Origin: Deltaproteobacteria bacterium
Lineage (GTDB): Bacteria > Myxococcota_A > UBA9160 > SMWR01
DNA: 64,000 nucleotides
Assembly (NCBI GenBank): GCA_032128375.1
Contig: JAQBGU010000107.1
Span: 85,210-149,209, forward strand
Direction of reading: 5' to 3'
The translations under genes and the position numbers were made by a program. The notes beneath the pieces are model-generated. The model worked only from the letters and a program-made list of their open reading frames with translations. It did not search any database and was not told the DNA's origin. This document shows positions 26,143 to 35,238 of the stretch, piece after piece (position 1 is the stretch's first letter; the number at the start of each line of letters is the position of its first letter).

Positions 26143-28431
26143 GTGACCGCCGAACCTATGCGCTCCATACTGGACCGACGTCTCGTCATCGTGACGGGAA
26201 AGGGCGGAACCGGGAAGACCACCGTTACCGCAGCGTTGGCGCTGGCTGCCGCAGAAGCCGGGCGCCGCGTACTAGCGGTCGAAGTCGGCCCCGACGAGCA
26301 GATTCCAGCGCTGCTGGAAGCCGGCAGCGCTCCGGTCGGGTATTCGGGCCGAGCGATTCGTCCGGGGCTCGAGGTGATGCGCATAGAGCCATTCGAGGCA
26401 CTGGCTGAATACCTCGGCATACAGATCGGGGTGCGTTCTCTGGTCGATCTGGTGGTCGGCAACGCGTCGTTTCGGCAGCTCTTGGCCGCTGCTCCCGGCT
26501 GGAGGGAGCTGATCACGCTGGGAAAGATCTGGCATTTGTGCCAGCTCGAATTGGCTCCGGGGCGGCCGCGGTACGAAACGATCGTCGTCGACGCGCCGGC
26601 TACAGGACACGGTGTCAGCTTTCTCGAAGCCCCCCATGTCGTCGTGTCGGCGGTGCGTGCGGGTCCGCTCCGAAAGCAGACAGAACGCGTCGAGCAGATG
26701 ATCCAAGATTCAGACCACACACTCGTGCTGCCGGTCGCACTGGCCGAAGAACTTCCCGCCAGAGAAACCGCACAGTTGATCGCGCGTGTGCGCACAGAGA
26801 TGGGAATCGAAATCGATCGAGTCGTCGTCAACGCGGTGATGGATGCACCCTTTCCGGACGCACTCGCCAATCTCGACGAGTCGCTAGACCGCCTCGAGCC
26901 GGGTCTCCCATGCGACTCGCTTCCCGACCCCGCGACGTTGGCGGTGTGTGCGCGCTACCTGCTCGCGCGTCATCGCCTGCACGCTCGCTACCTGTCGGAA
27001 ATCCGACGGATCACCGACCTGCCTTGTCCGACTCTGCCCTACCTGCCGGAGGGCGTCAGCGGGCCAGCCGAACTCGAGCTTCTGTCGGAAGCGCTGCTGT
27101 CGACATCGGAAACAATCTCTCCGGCCAGCTCCTCAACTCGCTCCACAGCGACGACTCCATCCAGAACTGCATCCACAACCGCGAACTCAACAACGACAGT
27201 CCCCAACAACGACGACGACGGCGTGAACGCCATCCAGTTTACCGATGCGTTGTTGACCCGACGAAAAATTCTCGTCTGTGTGGGTTGTGGTGGCGTGGGG
27301 AAGACGACCGTAGCCGCAGCACTTGCGCTCGAAGCCGCGAGACGCGGGCGTCGTGCACTGGTGCTGACGATCGATCCCGCACGACGATTGGCCGACGCTC
27401 TCGGGGTCGCAGCGCTCGGCAATCAACCCGAGCCGCTACCTCGCGAGCTATTGACAGCATTGGGTGTTCCCGAGCACGGCAGCCTTCACGCGGTCATGCT
27501 GGACATGAAGCGCACTTTTGACGACCTGGTCGAGCGATTCTCCGCGACGCCCGCTGAGCGTGACCGCGTGCTCGGCAACCCGATTTATCAGCACACCTCC
27601 GATGCGCTCGCGGGCAGTGTCGAGTACTCGGCAATGGAAAAGGTCTTCGAACTCCACGAGAGCGGTCAGTACGACTTGATCGTCGTAGATACCCCACCGG
27701 CGCAGCACGCGTTGGACTTCCTCGATGCGCCCGCACGCCTGCTCGACTTCCTGGACAGCCGACTCGTCGCGCTGTTGATCCACCCGGCATTCGCGGCCGG
27801 TCGATTCGGGTTCCGACTGTTTCAGCGCGGCACCCACCGGGTCCTTCGGCTGCTCGAGCAGGTCACGGGGTTAGGGTTCCTAGAGGACATTTCCGAATTT
27901 CTGCTCGCGTTCGAAGGGATGGCAGACGGTTTCCGCGATCGCGCACGCGGCGTGCGTGCGCTGATTTTGGGACCCACGTCAGCCTTCGTGCTCGTCAGCG
28001 GGCCCGGCCGGGAATCGATCCGCCAGGCCGGCCGGTTCTTGGACCGGCTCGAAGAACATGAAGTCCCACTCGCCGGAGCCCTGGTGAACCGGGTCCGGCT
28101 GTGGCCCGGGCCCCAGCTCCCGCCGAGCGACCCAATTCCGACACCTGGAGACATCGCTTCGCTTGCGATTGCGCTTCGCAACAGTGAGGGCCCGGAGTAC
28201 CCAGCGGAGCTTGCAGCGCGGGCTGCAGCGGATGGTGCAACGAGATACGCTGACCTCGTGCGGCGCGACACACATTCAACCGACTCCCTGCGAGAACGCA
28301 TCGAGAGCCAGAACCTCTTCTGGGGTCGAATTCCAGAATTCGATACCGATATTCACTCGCTCGCGAACATCGGGCGAGTTGCCGATTGGATCAGCGGCCG
28401 CGCCGAGGAGACCATTGTCGATGTCGACTGA
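26143..28431 (+). CDS. Tandem ArsA/Get3-like ATPase (two domains in one ORF)
   Basis: Domain 1 TGKGGTGKTT and DAPATGH; domain 2 VGCGGVGKTT, DPARRLADAL and DTPP; Ser/Thr-rich linker; no stop between domains. Confidence 0.85.
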   Translation: MTAEPMRSILDRRLVIVTGKGGTGKTTVTAALALAAAEAGRRVLAVEVGPDEQIPALLEAGSAPVGYSGRAIRPGLEVMRIEPFEALAEYLGIQIGVRSLVDLVVGNASFRQLLAAAPGWRELITLGKIWHLCQLELAPGRPRYETIVVDAPATGHGVSFLEAPHVVVSAVRAGPLRKQTERVEQMIQDSDHTLVLPVALAEELPARETAQLIARVRTEMGIEIDRVVVNAVMDAPFPDALANLDESLDRLEPGLPCDSLPDPATLAVCARYLLARHRLHARYLSEIRRITDLPCPTLPYLPEGVSGPAELELLSEALLSTSETISPASSSTRSTATTPSRTASTTANSTTTVPNNDDDGVNAIQFTDALLTRRKILVCVGCGGVGKTTVAAALALEAARRGRRALVLTIDPARRLADALGVAALGNQPEPLPRELLTALGVPEHGSLHAVMLDMKRTFDDLVERFSATPAERDRVLGNPIYQHTSDALAGSVEYSAMEKVFELHESGQYDLIVVDTPPAQHALDFLDAPARLLDFLDSRLVALLIHPAFAAGRFGFRLFQRGTHRVLRLLEQVTGLGFLEDISEFLLAFEGMADGFRDRARGVRALILGPTSAFVLVSGPGRESIRQAGRFLDRLEEHEVPLAGALVNRVRLWPGPQLPPSDPIPTPGDIASLAIALRNSEGPEYPAELAARAAADGATRYADLVRRDTHSTDSLRERIESQNLFWGRIPEFDTDIHSLANIGRVADWISGRAEETIVDVD

Positions 28432-28984
28432 CGACCCGAATGAGGCGCCTGGCTCGCTCGGGTCGATGGGTTCGGAGCCGCCGCCTCTCGACCGATCGGC
28501 CGCGGCCGCCTTGCCCGGTTCCGTCTGCGGTGAATCGCTGCAAGACGCCCTTTCTCGGGCACGTGGTCACGCGCAAATGGCGGTCGCGGAGGCACTGGCC
28601 GCCATTTTGGCGCTGATCGATGCGGCGGCGCTGGCTGCGTCCGGCGAGCGCGCGAAAGCCCATGGAATCCTCGCCCCCGTAACGCGATTGCTCGAAGGTC
28701 TTCGGAACCAACTCGGCGACCCCGATTACGAGTCAGTCCACTTGATCCAGTCGATCGCAGAAGCGCTGGACGCAGAAATCGTCCGTTGGGAACAGCGTGC
28801 GCGAGACGACCCGGATGCGCGATCCGTACTCCGTGCATTCCTGGGGTTGAGAGAACTGCTGTGGGAATTCGGTGTACGGAGCGGCGAGACACCGGCTACC
28901 GACGGGCCAGCCCGACCCAAGAAAGCGAAGCCGAAGTCCGGCGCACGCCGCAAGAACGTCCAGCGCGTCACGGTCGAGGGATGA
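28421..28984 (+). CDS. Hypothetical helical protein with basic C-terminal tail
   Basis: ATG 28421 preceded by GAGGAG, overlaps the ArsA stop; Ala/Leu-rich helices, KKAKPK..RRK tail. Confidence 0.6.
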   Translation: MSTDDPNEAPGSLGSMGSEPPPLDRSAAAALPGSVCGESLQDALSRARGHAQMAVAEALAAILALIDAAALAASGERAKAHGILAPVTRLLEGLRNQLGDPDYESVHLIQSIAEALDAEIVRWEQRARDDPDARSVLRAFLGLRELLWEFGVRSGETPATDGPARPKKAKPKSGARRKNVQRVTVEG

Positions 28985-29069
28985 GCACGACACAGCTCCC
29001 CGAGTTCTGGGCTAGCGTCAATGGCCGGGCGAGAAACCCGTTCCTAACCACGGGATCCGAGGTTCCCCG

Positions 29070-29621
29070 ATGACTGTACTGATCAAGCGCTACGCGAACC
29101 GCAAGCTGTATAACACGCGAACCAGTCGTTACATCACGCTGAAGGGCATCGGCGAGTTGATCGAAGCCGACGAAGACGTGCGCGTGATCGACAACGAGAC
29201 CGGCGAGGACATCACCAACGTCGCGCTATCACAGATTCTGGTCGGCAACGAGCGCAGTGGCAGTACGGTCTCGAAGACCCTGCTGTCCGAACTGATCGGC
29301 CGCGGCGGAGACGCAATCTACGGAGCGCTGCGACGCAGTGTCGGCGACGCGAGCGAGAGTATCGAGGAAATACAAAGGGGCGTCCGTCGGATCATCAAGA
29401 AGAGTGAAGACGACGCCAGCCGAATTGGTGAGTGGATCGCGGTGTCGACCCCTGACTTCGACAAGATCGTAGAGAACGCAATGGAAAGGGTATTCAAGTT
29501 GCTCGATCTACCACGCCGAAGCGATATCGATGCGCTGAACAGCAATCTGCAACGCGTCGCGGATGCTGTGGAATCGCTTCAGCGCGGTCAGCGCGCCAAG
29601 GAAGAGGACCTGGAGAGCTAG
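29070..29621 (+). CDS. PhaR-like polyhydroxyalkanoate/lipid-storage regulator with phasin-like C-terminus
   Basis: IKRYANRKLYNTRTSRYITL..VIDNETGEDIT..LSQIL (PhaR DNA-binding domain); LDLPRRSDIDAL tail. Confidence 0.85.
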   Translation: MTVLIKRYANRKLYNTRTSRYITLKGIGELIEADEDVRVIDNETGEDITNVALSQILVGNERSGSTVSKTLLSELIGRGGDAIYGALRRSVGDASESIEEIQRGVRRIIKKSEDDASRIGEWIAVSTPDFDKIVENAMERVFKLLDLPRRSDIDALNSNLQRVADAVESLQRGQRAKEEDLES

Positions 29622-29695
29622 GAGTCTGCGCGGTAGAGCGCCCGCTCTAGCGTGCAGGCGACGACGGTGAGAATTCGCCGCAGGTCTCTTGCGGC

Positions 29696-30694
29696 TCAGT
29701 CCCAGACCGAGTCGCGGTCCGCCAGTGCGGTATCGATCAGAACCTGTACCTGCGCGCGCAGCTCCTCGGTGATCCGCGAGACCAAGAGCTCGTTGGTGGA
29801 AGCGTCCGGGGCGACGTGTTCCAGGTCGATCGCGTCGCCGATCCGGATCACCCACTTGGTCGGAAGCGGCAGAGCTCCGAGTGGGCCAAGCAGCGGGAAT
29901 GTCGGAGTCACCGGAAAAAATGGCAGCCCCACGACCCGCGCCGGTGTCCCCAACTTGAACAAGATCGGGTGTGCCTCTTCCGGCCCGACGATTCCGACTG
30001 GGACCAACGGCACGCCCGACTCGAGCGCCACCCGCACCGCGCCGCCTCGGCCGAAACGTTTCAGGCGGTAGCGATCTCGAAAAACCTTGGCGGCGCCCTT
30101 CAAGCCTTCCGGGAACGCGACCACTGATTGTCCTGAAGACAGCAGGCGCTCGGCGTTCTCTCGGCAGGCGCGCACTCCGCCCAATCGCGCCAGGTACGGC
30201 TGGACAAACGGAAGTGTAATCAACCAGTCTGCCACCAGGAAACGTGGGCGGTCGCGGCCGCTGCGTGCACGAGCGATTGCATGGGAAAGCATCAATCCGT
30301 CATAGGGAAGCAACCCGGAACGGTTCGCAACCAACAGACACGGGCTCGGCGGAACCCGCTCGAGTCCGTGGATTTCGATCCGCCAATAGCGATCTTGGAG
30401 CAGGTCGAGCAATGGACGGGCGCGCCGCAGCACGACCTCGTCCATACCGAACTCATCGACCTCACCCGAACGCTCGCTCATCCCGATCGCGCTCGCGCGT
30501 CGCCGAATCGTCTGGAACAGCTTCATCCAATCGGTTCGGTCCAGCTCCGACGCGAGCAGCGTCGACTCGTCGCGCGACGCTGAGAAGCGTGCGCGAATTT
30601 CGTGACGCAGGTCGTCGAGCGCCTGCCGGAGAGCTTCGTCTTCGACAGGCAGGTTCGCGATACCCGAGCTATCCAAATCGGTCGTTTCACTCAT
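29696..30694 (-). CDS. Lysophospholipid/glycerol acyltransferase (PlsC-like, Rv0502-type)
   Basis: VDEFGMD, LLVANRSGLLPYDG, AFPEGLKG, FGRGG; NR in place of the usual NH of the HX4D motif. Confidence 0.85.
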   Translation of the reverse strand: MSETTDLDSSGIANLPVEDEALRQALDDLRHEIRARFSASRDESTLLASELDRTDWMKLFQTIRRRASAIGMSERSGEVDEFGMDEVVLRRARPLLDLLQDRYWRIEIHGLERVPPSPCLLVANRSGLLPYDGLMLSHAIARARSGRDRPRFLVADWLITLPFVQPYLARLGGVRACRENAERLLSSGQSVVAFPEGLKGAAKVFRDRYRLKRFGRGGAVRVALESGVPLVPVGIVGPEEAHPILFKLGTPARVVGLPFFPVTPTFPLLGPLGALPLPTKWVIRIGDAIDLEHVAPDASTNELLVSRITEELRAQVQVLIDTALADRDSVWD

Positions 30695-30715
30695 GAGTGT
30701 ACAATCTATTTGTCA

Positions 30716-31747
30716 TTACCGATATCGCCTCATTCGGCGGGAGGAAACGAACGCGATCCACGCCTCTCGCGTTGTATAGGTTGGTTCACCGAAGGCGTCC
30801 CAGCCTCGTTTTCCGTCGGCCACCCACAGATAGCGAAGGTAATCATAGAACCCTTCGGGTCCATCACCTGTTTGCCCCTGCGACGGGTAGTAGGCCATTC
30901 GGTAGAGCAGGGGCGAAGGCAGCGAGACAATCCGTTTGCCAGCGAGGCGCAGAAGCGTCGAAAGCGGCAGAACTCCACGGCCAACCACATTGAAGACCCC
31001 GGGATGAGACCGCAGCGTTGCGGTCTCGAGCGCGTGAACGCAGTCATCTTCGTGGACACACTGCATCAGCGGGTCGTAGCCCATCAGCTTCGGTACGACC
31101 GGAAGTGCGAAATATCGAACGATGTGATCGTGATAGGTCGGCCCGAAGATCCAACCATTGCGCAGCACCGTGACCTCGGTATTCGGGTTCCGACGGGACC
31201 ATTCAGACACGAGCGACTCGACCTCGACCCGATTCTGGATCGAGTGTGCTGCAGGATGACCGTGCAGCGGATGTGATTCGCTCAGGAAGTTGGGGTTGTC
31301 GGGTCTCGGCCCGTAGAGCATCGTCGAGGAAGTAACGACCAGCCGCTTGATCTTCGCGGCCTCGCAGGCATTCATCACATACAGGCTGCCGATCGTCTCC
31401 AACTCGTGATCAGCTTCCAGGTCCGCGGTCGGCTCCGAACGAAACGCCATGTGGACAACCGCTTCGGCCCGCTCTTGCGTCAGGATCTGCGCGACGCGGC
31501 CGTCAGCTGCCGGGTCTGCCAGGTCGACGGCGCGAAAGCGCACGCGGGGATCGAGCCGGAAGGGTCGTCGGTGATCGAGCCCGATGATCCGCAGACCCGG
31601 CGAGCGAATCAGCAGACGGTCCACCAGTGCGCGCCCCAGGAAGGAGCCGAGCCCAGTGATTGCGATGACGCCGGGTGAACTCAAGGGTCCTCGCGACAGT
31701 GTGTTGGCGACGGACTGCTCGATGCCGCCATGGACGTCAGATACCAT
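30716..31747 (-). CDS. NAD-dependent epimerase/dehydratase (extended SDR)
   Basis: ITGLGSFLG, TSSTMLYGPRPDNP, GYDPLMQCVHEDD; start uncertain. Confidence 0.85.
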   Translation of the reverse strand: MVSDVHGGIEQSVANTLSRGPLSSPGVIAITGLGSFLGRALVDRLLIRSPGLRIIGLDHRRPFRLDPRVRFRAVDLADPAADGRVAQILTQERAEAVVHMAFRSEPTADLEADHELETIGSLYVMNACEAAKIKRLVVTSSTMLYGPRPDNPNFLSESHPLHGHPAAHSIQNRVEVESLVSEWSRRNPNTEVTVLRNGWIFGPTYHDHIVRYFALPVVPKLMGYDPLMQCVHEDDCVHALETATLRSHPGVFNVVGRGVLPLSTLLRLAGKRIVSLPSPLLYRMAYYPSQGQTGDGPEGFYDYLRYLWVADGKRGWDAFGEPTYTTREAWIAFVSSRRMRRYR

Positions 31748-31755
31748 GCCAAGCG

Positions 31756-32814
31756 ATGCACGCCAAGCGCACAATTGCCGTCGTCGAAGATTCTCGCTTT
31801 CTCGATCACGTCGGCCCCCCCGGGCACCCCGAACGGCCGGACCGCTTGAACGCCGTTGCTAGCGCCCTCGATGCGCGAACCGAGCCGTTGTCGCACCTGG
31901 CGGCCCGCCCAGCAACGGCCGAAGAAATTCTCCGCGTACACAGCCGCACGCACTTCGACGCAGTCAGCCGAGTCGTTCGGGGGGCACCGGCCAAATTGGA
32001 TCCGGACACCTACGTCTCGTCGGACAGCTTCGATGTTGCTCTGCTGGCCGCGGGAGCCAGCGTCGACCTCGCGACGCAAGTTGCGAATCGCGAGGCCGCC
32101 AGCGGATTGGCGGCCGTTCGCCCACCTGGGCACCATGCCGAGAGCGAACGCGCGATGGGATTTTGTCTGTTCAACAACATTGCGATCGCCGCGCGCGCGC
32201 TCCAGGACGATCTCGGCGTCGATCGGATCCTGATCATCGACTGGGATGTTCACCATGGAAATGGAACGCAACATTTTTTCGAAGACGACCCGAGCGTGCT
32301 CTACGTATCGACCCACCAATTTCCGTTTTATCCCGGGACCGGCTCCGTTGGGGAGACCGGAGTGGGCGCCGGTGAGGGATTCACGCTGAACATCCCTTTG
32401 CCTGCAGGCTGCGGAGACCCCGAGTACGTTGGCGTCTTCCAGCAGCTGATCGCACCGGCTGCGATCGCGTTTCGGCCGGAGATGATCCTGATCTCGGCCG
32501 GTTTCGATGCTCATATCGATGACCCGCTGGCATCGATGAACGTCACTGCTGGGGGATTTCGTTCGATGGCCTCGATCGTTCGCTCGCTGGCCGATGACCT
32601 GTCCGGCGGGCGGCTGGCCTTCATCCTGGAGGGTGGCTACTCCGAATCGGGCTTGATCGATGGCGTCGGGTCTGTGATGGATGAAATCGTGGGAAGCCAT
32701 CCCACAATTGACCCGCCAGACGTGCTTGCCCCGTACGATTCTGCTCTGCGCAGCGTCGTCAACCACGTATCCGGCATGCACGGGCGCGATTTCTCGCGCC
32801 TGAAAGCGATCTAA
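31756..32814 (+). CDS. Histone deacetylase-family (acetylpolyamine amidohydrolase-like) protein
   Basis: HPERPDRL, RPPGHHA, GFCLFNN, DWDVHHGNGT, SAGFD, LEGGY. Confidence 0.93.
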   Translation: MHAKRTIAVVEDSRFLDHVGPPGHPERPDRLNAVASALDARTEPLSHLAARPATAEEILRVHSRTHFDAVSRVVRGAPAKLDPDTYVSSDSFDVALLAAGASVDLATQVANREAASGLAAVRPPGHHAESERAMGFCLFNNIAIAARALQDDLGVDRILIIDWDVHHGNGTQHFFEDDPSVLYVSTHQFPFYPGTGSVGETGVGAGEGFTLNIPLPAGCGDPEYVGVFQQLIAPAAIAFRPEMILISAGFDAHIDDPLASMNVTAGGFRSMASIVRSLADDLSGGRLAFILEGGYSESGLIDGVGSVMDEIVGSHPTIDPPDVLAPYDSALRSVVNHVSGMHGRDFSRLKAI

Positions 32815-32942
32815 GTCCGCTAAGCGCTTCAGAAATTTTCGCGATTAGGTCGCTTCATCTTGTATCTAATTCTACTGACTACTACGACATATTGTGGCAT
32901 GTCGAAATACTCCACAACGAATACAAATTAATTGCAATCAAA

Positions 32943-33039
32943 GTGGTTGCGCGTGGTTGCAAAGTGGTTTAAGTAGGTACTGATGTGGGATTGAGTGGAC
33001 CAGGATGGTGCTTGGTGGTGCTGAGTGGTGCTAAGTGGG
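32943..33039 (+). promoter_or_regulatory. Array of GTGG boxes at about 10-bp spacing, putative MraZ operator of the dcw promoter
   Basis: GTGG at 32943, 32953, 32964, 32985, 32995, 33015, 33025 and 33035; variants GTAG 32973 and ATGG 33005; AT-richer intergenic region upstream of mraZ. Confidence 0.8.
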
Positions 33040-33174
33040 AAGTAACGAGTTCCTACTACCGAAAATACGACGAAAACATGCTCGCCGAAAACATGTTGGC
33101 ACAGTGAACGAACCCACCAGGCAAGAGCGCAATTTGATGACAATCCGCACAAACAGTCTACCAGGTTTCAAACG

Positions 33175-33630
33175 ATGTTTCGAGGTCGCTACTCTCATAC
33201 GATCGACACGAAGGGTCGCGTGAGTATTCCGTCGGATTTCAGGTCGGAATTGCACCGGCGAAGCGAGCGCGCGCCGATCGTCACAAACGGCGTGACCCCG
33301 GCTGGTGAGTGTCTGTGGCTCTACTCGTACGACGACTGGTGCGCCTATGAGGACCGGATCGTAAATCTATCGCCCGACAATCTCGATGCACAGTCTTTTG
33401 TTCGCTTCATGGTCTCCGGTGCGACCGAGTGCCCGATCGACAACCAGGGCCGCTCCCTGCTTCCGGGATTCTTGCGCGAGTACGCCAAGCTCGACCGCGA
33501 GGTCACGATTGCTGGCGTCGGAAAACGCATCGAGATTTGGAACAAGACGAAGTTTGACGACGATCAGTTGAATACCCAGGCCCACTTCCAGCGCATCGCG
33601 TCGGTGGTCGCGGAGCTCAGGGATTCGTGA
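33175..33630 (+). CDS. mraZ: Transcriptional regulator MraZ
   Basis: MFRGRYSHTIDTKGRVSIP and IDNQGR (DXXXR motifs), GVGKRIEIWN. Confidence 0.95.
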   Translation: MFRGRYSHTIDTKGRVSIPSDFRSELHRRSERAPIVTNGVTPAGECLWLYSYDDWCAYEDRIVNLSPDNLDAQSFVRFMVSGATECPIDNQGRSLLPGFLREYAKLDREVTIAGVGKRIEIWNKTKFDDDQLNTQAHFQRIASVVAELRDS

Positions 33631-33675
33631 ATTTTCGGTGGGGGGACTGAAGGGATCGGATTCCTTCGGTTGAGA

Positions 33676-33777
33676 GGTTGGGGTGTGTCCCCGGAGTACC
33701 TCTTCGCGGTGAACGCGAAGTTTCATGGGGGGGACTGAACGTTCCCGCGAGAGGGTATTCCGGGGCACGCCCCAGCC
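33676..33777 (+). ncRNA. Putative cis-regulatory long hairpin between mraZ and rsmH
   Basis: About 40-nt arms 33676-33715 and 33740-33777 pair with several G.U pairs on the + strand. Confidence 0.45.
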
Positions 33778-33844
33778 GGCCGGCCGCTGTCTGCGGCCGC
33801 GCCGGTCGCCGGGCAGCGACTGAGCCCGAGACGCCAGAACAGCG

Positions 33845-34828
33845 ATGTCCACAACTCCGCCGCACGTCGATTTTTCTCACCAACCCGCGCTCTTGGACGA
33901 GTGTCTGGAATTTCTGGATCTCGTCCCGGGCTCGGTCGTAGTGGACGGCACCGTGGGCGGCGGCGGACATGCATCGGCGATTCTCGATCGAACAGCTCCC
34001 AACGGGCGATTGATCGGGCTCGACCGCGATAGCGTGGCCATCGGCGCGGCATCGAGTCGTCTGGAAGACTTTGGAGACCGAGTCACGCTGATTCACGAGT
34101 CGTTTCGAAATCTCGACGAGGCTTTGACCCGAATCGGAATCGGTCGGGTCGATGCGGTATTGCTCGATTTGGGCGTGTCGTCTCACCAACTCGACGAGCC
34201 GAGCCGCGGTTTTCGATTCGCAGCAGATACCGCCGAACTGGCACCGCTCGACATGCGCATGGATGCAAACAGCGGGGATCCGGCTTCTGAGTTGCTGCGA
34301 AATGCGACGCTTGCGGAACTCGAGGGTTGGTTCCGCGACTACGCTGACCTGCCGGGAGCCCGCAAACTTGCCCATGCGATCGTCGAGGCACGGCGCTTCG
34401 CGCCGCTCCGCACGGCCGGCGATCTGCTCGCAGTGATCCGGCAGGCGGGAATCGGAAAGGGGCGCAAGCACAACCCCGCGACACTGGTCTTTCAGGCGCT
34501 ACGCATCGCAACCAACGACGAACTCCGCGCGCTCGACGATGGCATCGAACAGGCCATCGAATGCCTCGGCGGCGGAGGTCGACTGGTCGTACTGGCCTAC
34601 CACTCCGGTGAGGACCGCCTGGTCAAGAACCGGATTCGAGACGCCGTACGCGGCTGCGTGTGCCCACCGCGCTTGCCAGCCTGCGTATGCGGGCAGCAGG
34701 TGCGATTGAAGAACCTGACTCGCAAGCCGGTCGTGGCGAGTGCCGCCGAGACTCGCGAAAACCCGCGCGCGCGGTCCGCGAAGCTTCGCGCAGCTGAACG
34801 CGTGGCTCCGGCGATCACAGCCGGATGA
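33845..34828 (+). CDS. rsmH: 16S rRNA m4C1402 methyltransferase
   Basis: DGTVGGGGH, DLGVSSHQLD, PLDMRM, FQALRIATNDEL, YHSGEDRLVK, NPRARSAKLR. Confidence 0.95.
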   Translation: MSTTPPHVDFSHQPALLDECLEFLDLVPGSVVVDGTVGGGGHASAILDRTAPNGRLIGLDRDSVAIGAASSRLEDFGDRVTLIHESFRNLDEALTRIGIGRVDAVLLDLGVSSHQLDEPSRGFRFAADTAELAPLDMRMDANSGDPASELLRNATLAELEGWFRDYADLPGARKLAHAIVEARRFAPLRTAGDLLAVIRQAGIGKGRKHNPATLVFQALRIATNDELRALDDGIEQAIECLGGGGRLVVLAYHSGEDRLVKNRIRDAVRGCVCPPRLPACVCGQQVRLKNLTRKPVVASAAETRENPRARSAKLRAAERVAPAITAG

Positions 34829-35238
34829 ATCATGTGATGACTCTCCGCAATGGGCCGCGACGGCCGCGCTTTGGTTTCCTTCGGCAACGCCGACGCGGCA
34901 ACACCCACTCACCCATCGGGCGGGATTTCTCCGATTCGCGCGTCGAGCCCCAAGGCCGCCGCTGGTGGGCGGCCGCTCTCGTGGCCGGTGTGTTGGCCTC
35001 CCTGGTGATGGTGCACATTCGAGTGCGGCTGATCGAGGAGGGCTATCAGCGCGCCGCTGCCATCGAACGAGTCGAGAGGTTACTGGCGAAGCGACAGGTG
35101 TTGAAAGCTGAAACTGGAGCCCTGAGAAACCGCGATCGATTGACGGCGCTCGCGAGCGAACGCGGCTTCGAAAAGCCGCAGCGGGAAATATGGCTGTCGC
35201 AACTGGCGGAGCAGCGGCCAACGGAGCTGCGACCATGA
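34825..35238 (+). CDS. ftsL: Cell division protein FtsL
   Basis: Position between rsmH and ftsI; basic N-terminus, one TM, GY..coiled coil..RL..LA..GF..P. Confidence 0.75.
   Translation: MNHVMTLRNGPRRPRFGFLRQRRRGNTHSPIGRDFSDSRVEPQGRRWWAAALVAGVLASLVMVHIRVRLIEEGYQRAAAIERVERLLAKRQVLKAETGALRNRDRLTALASERGFEKPQREIWLSQLAEQRPTELRP

Noticed and set aside
26143..28431. Arsenite-efflux ArsA
   Set aside because: No ars operon genes nearby; the motifs fit the Get3-like Rv3679/Rv3680-type pair
31747..31756. Divergent epimerase and deacetylase starts only 8 bp apart
   Set aside because: Start codons are uncertain; a downstream start for either gene removes the oddity
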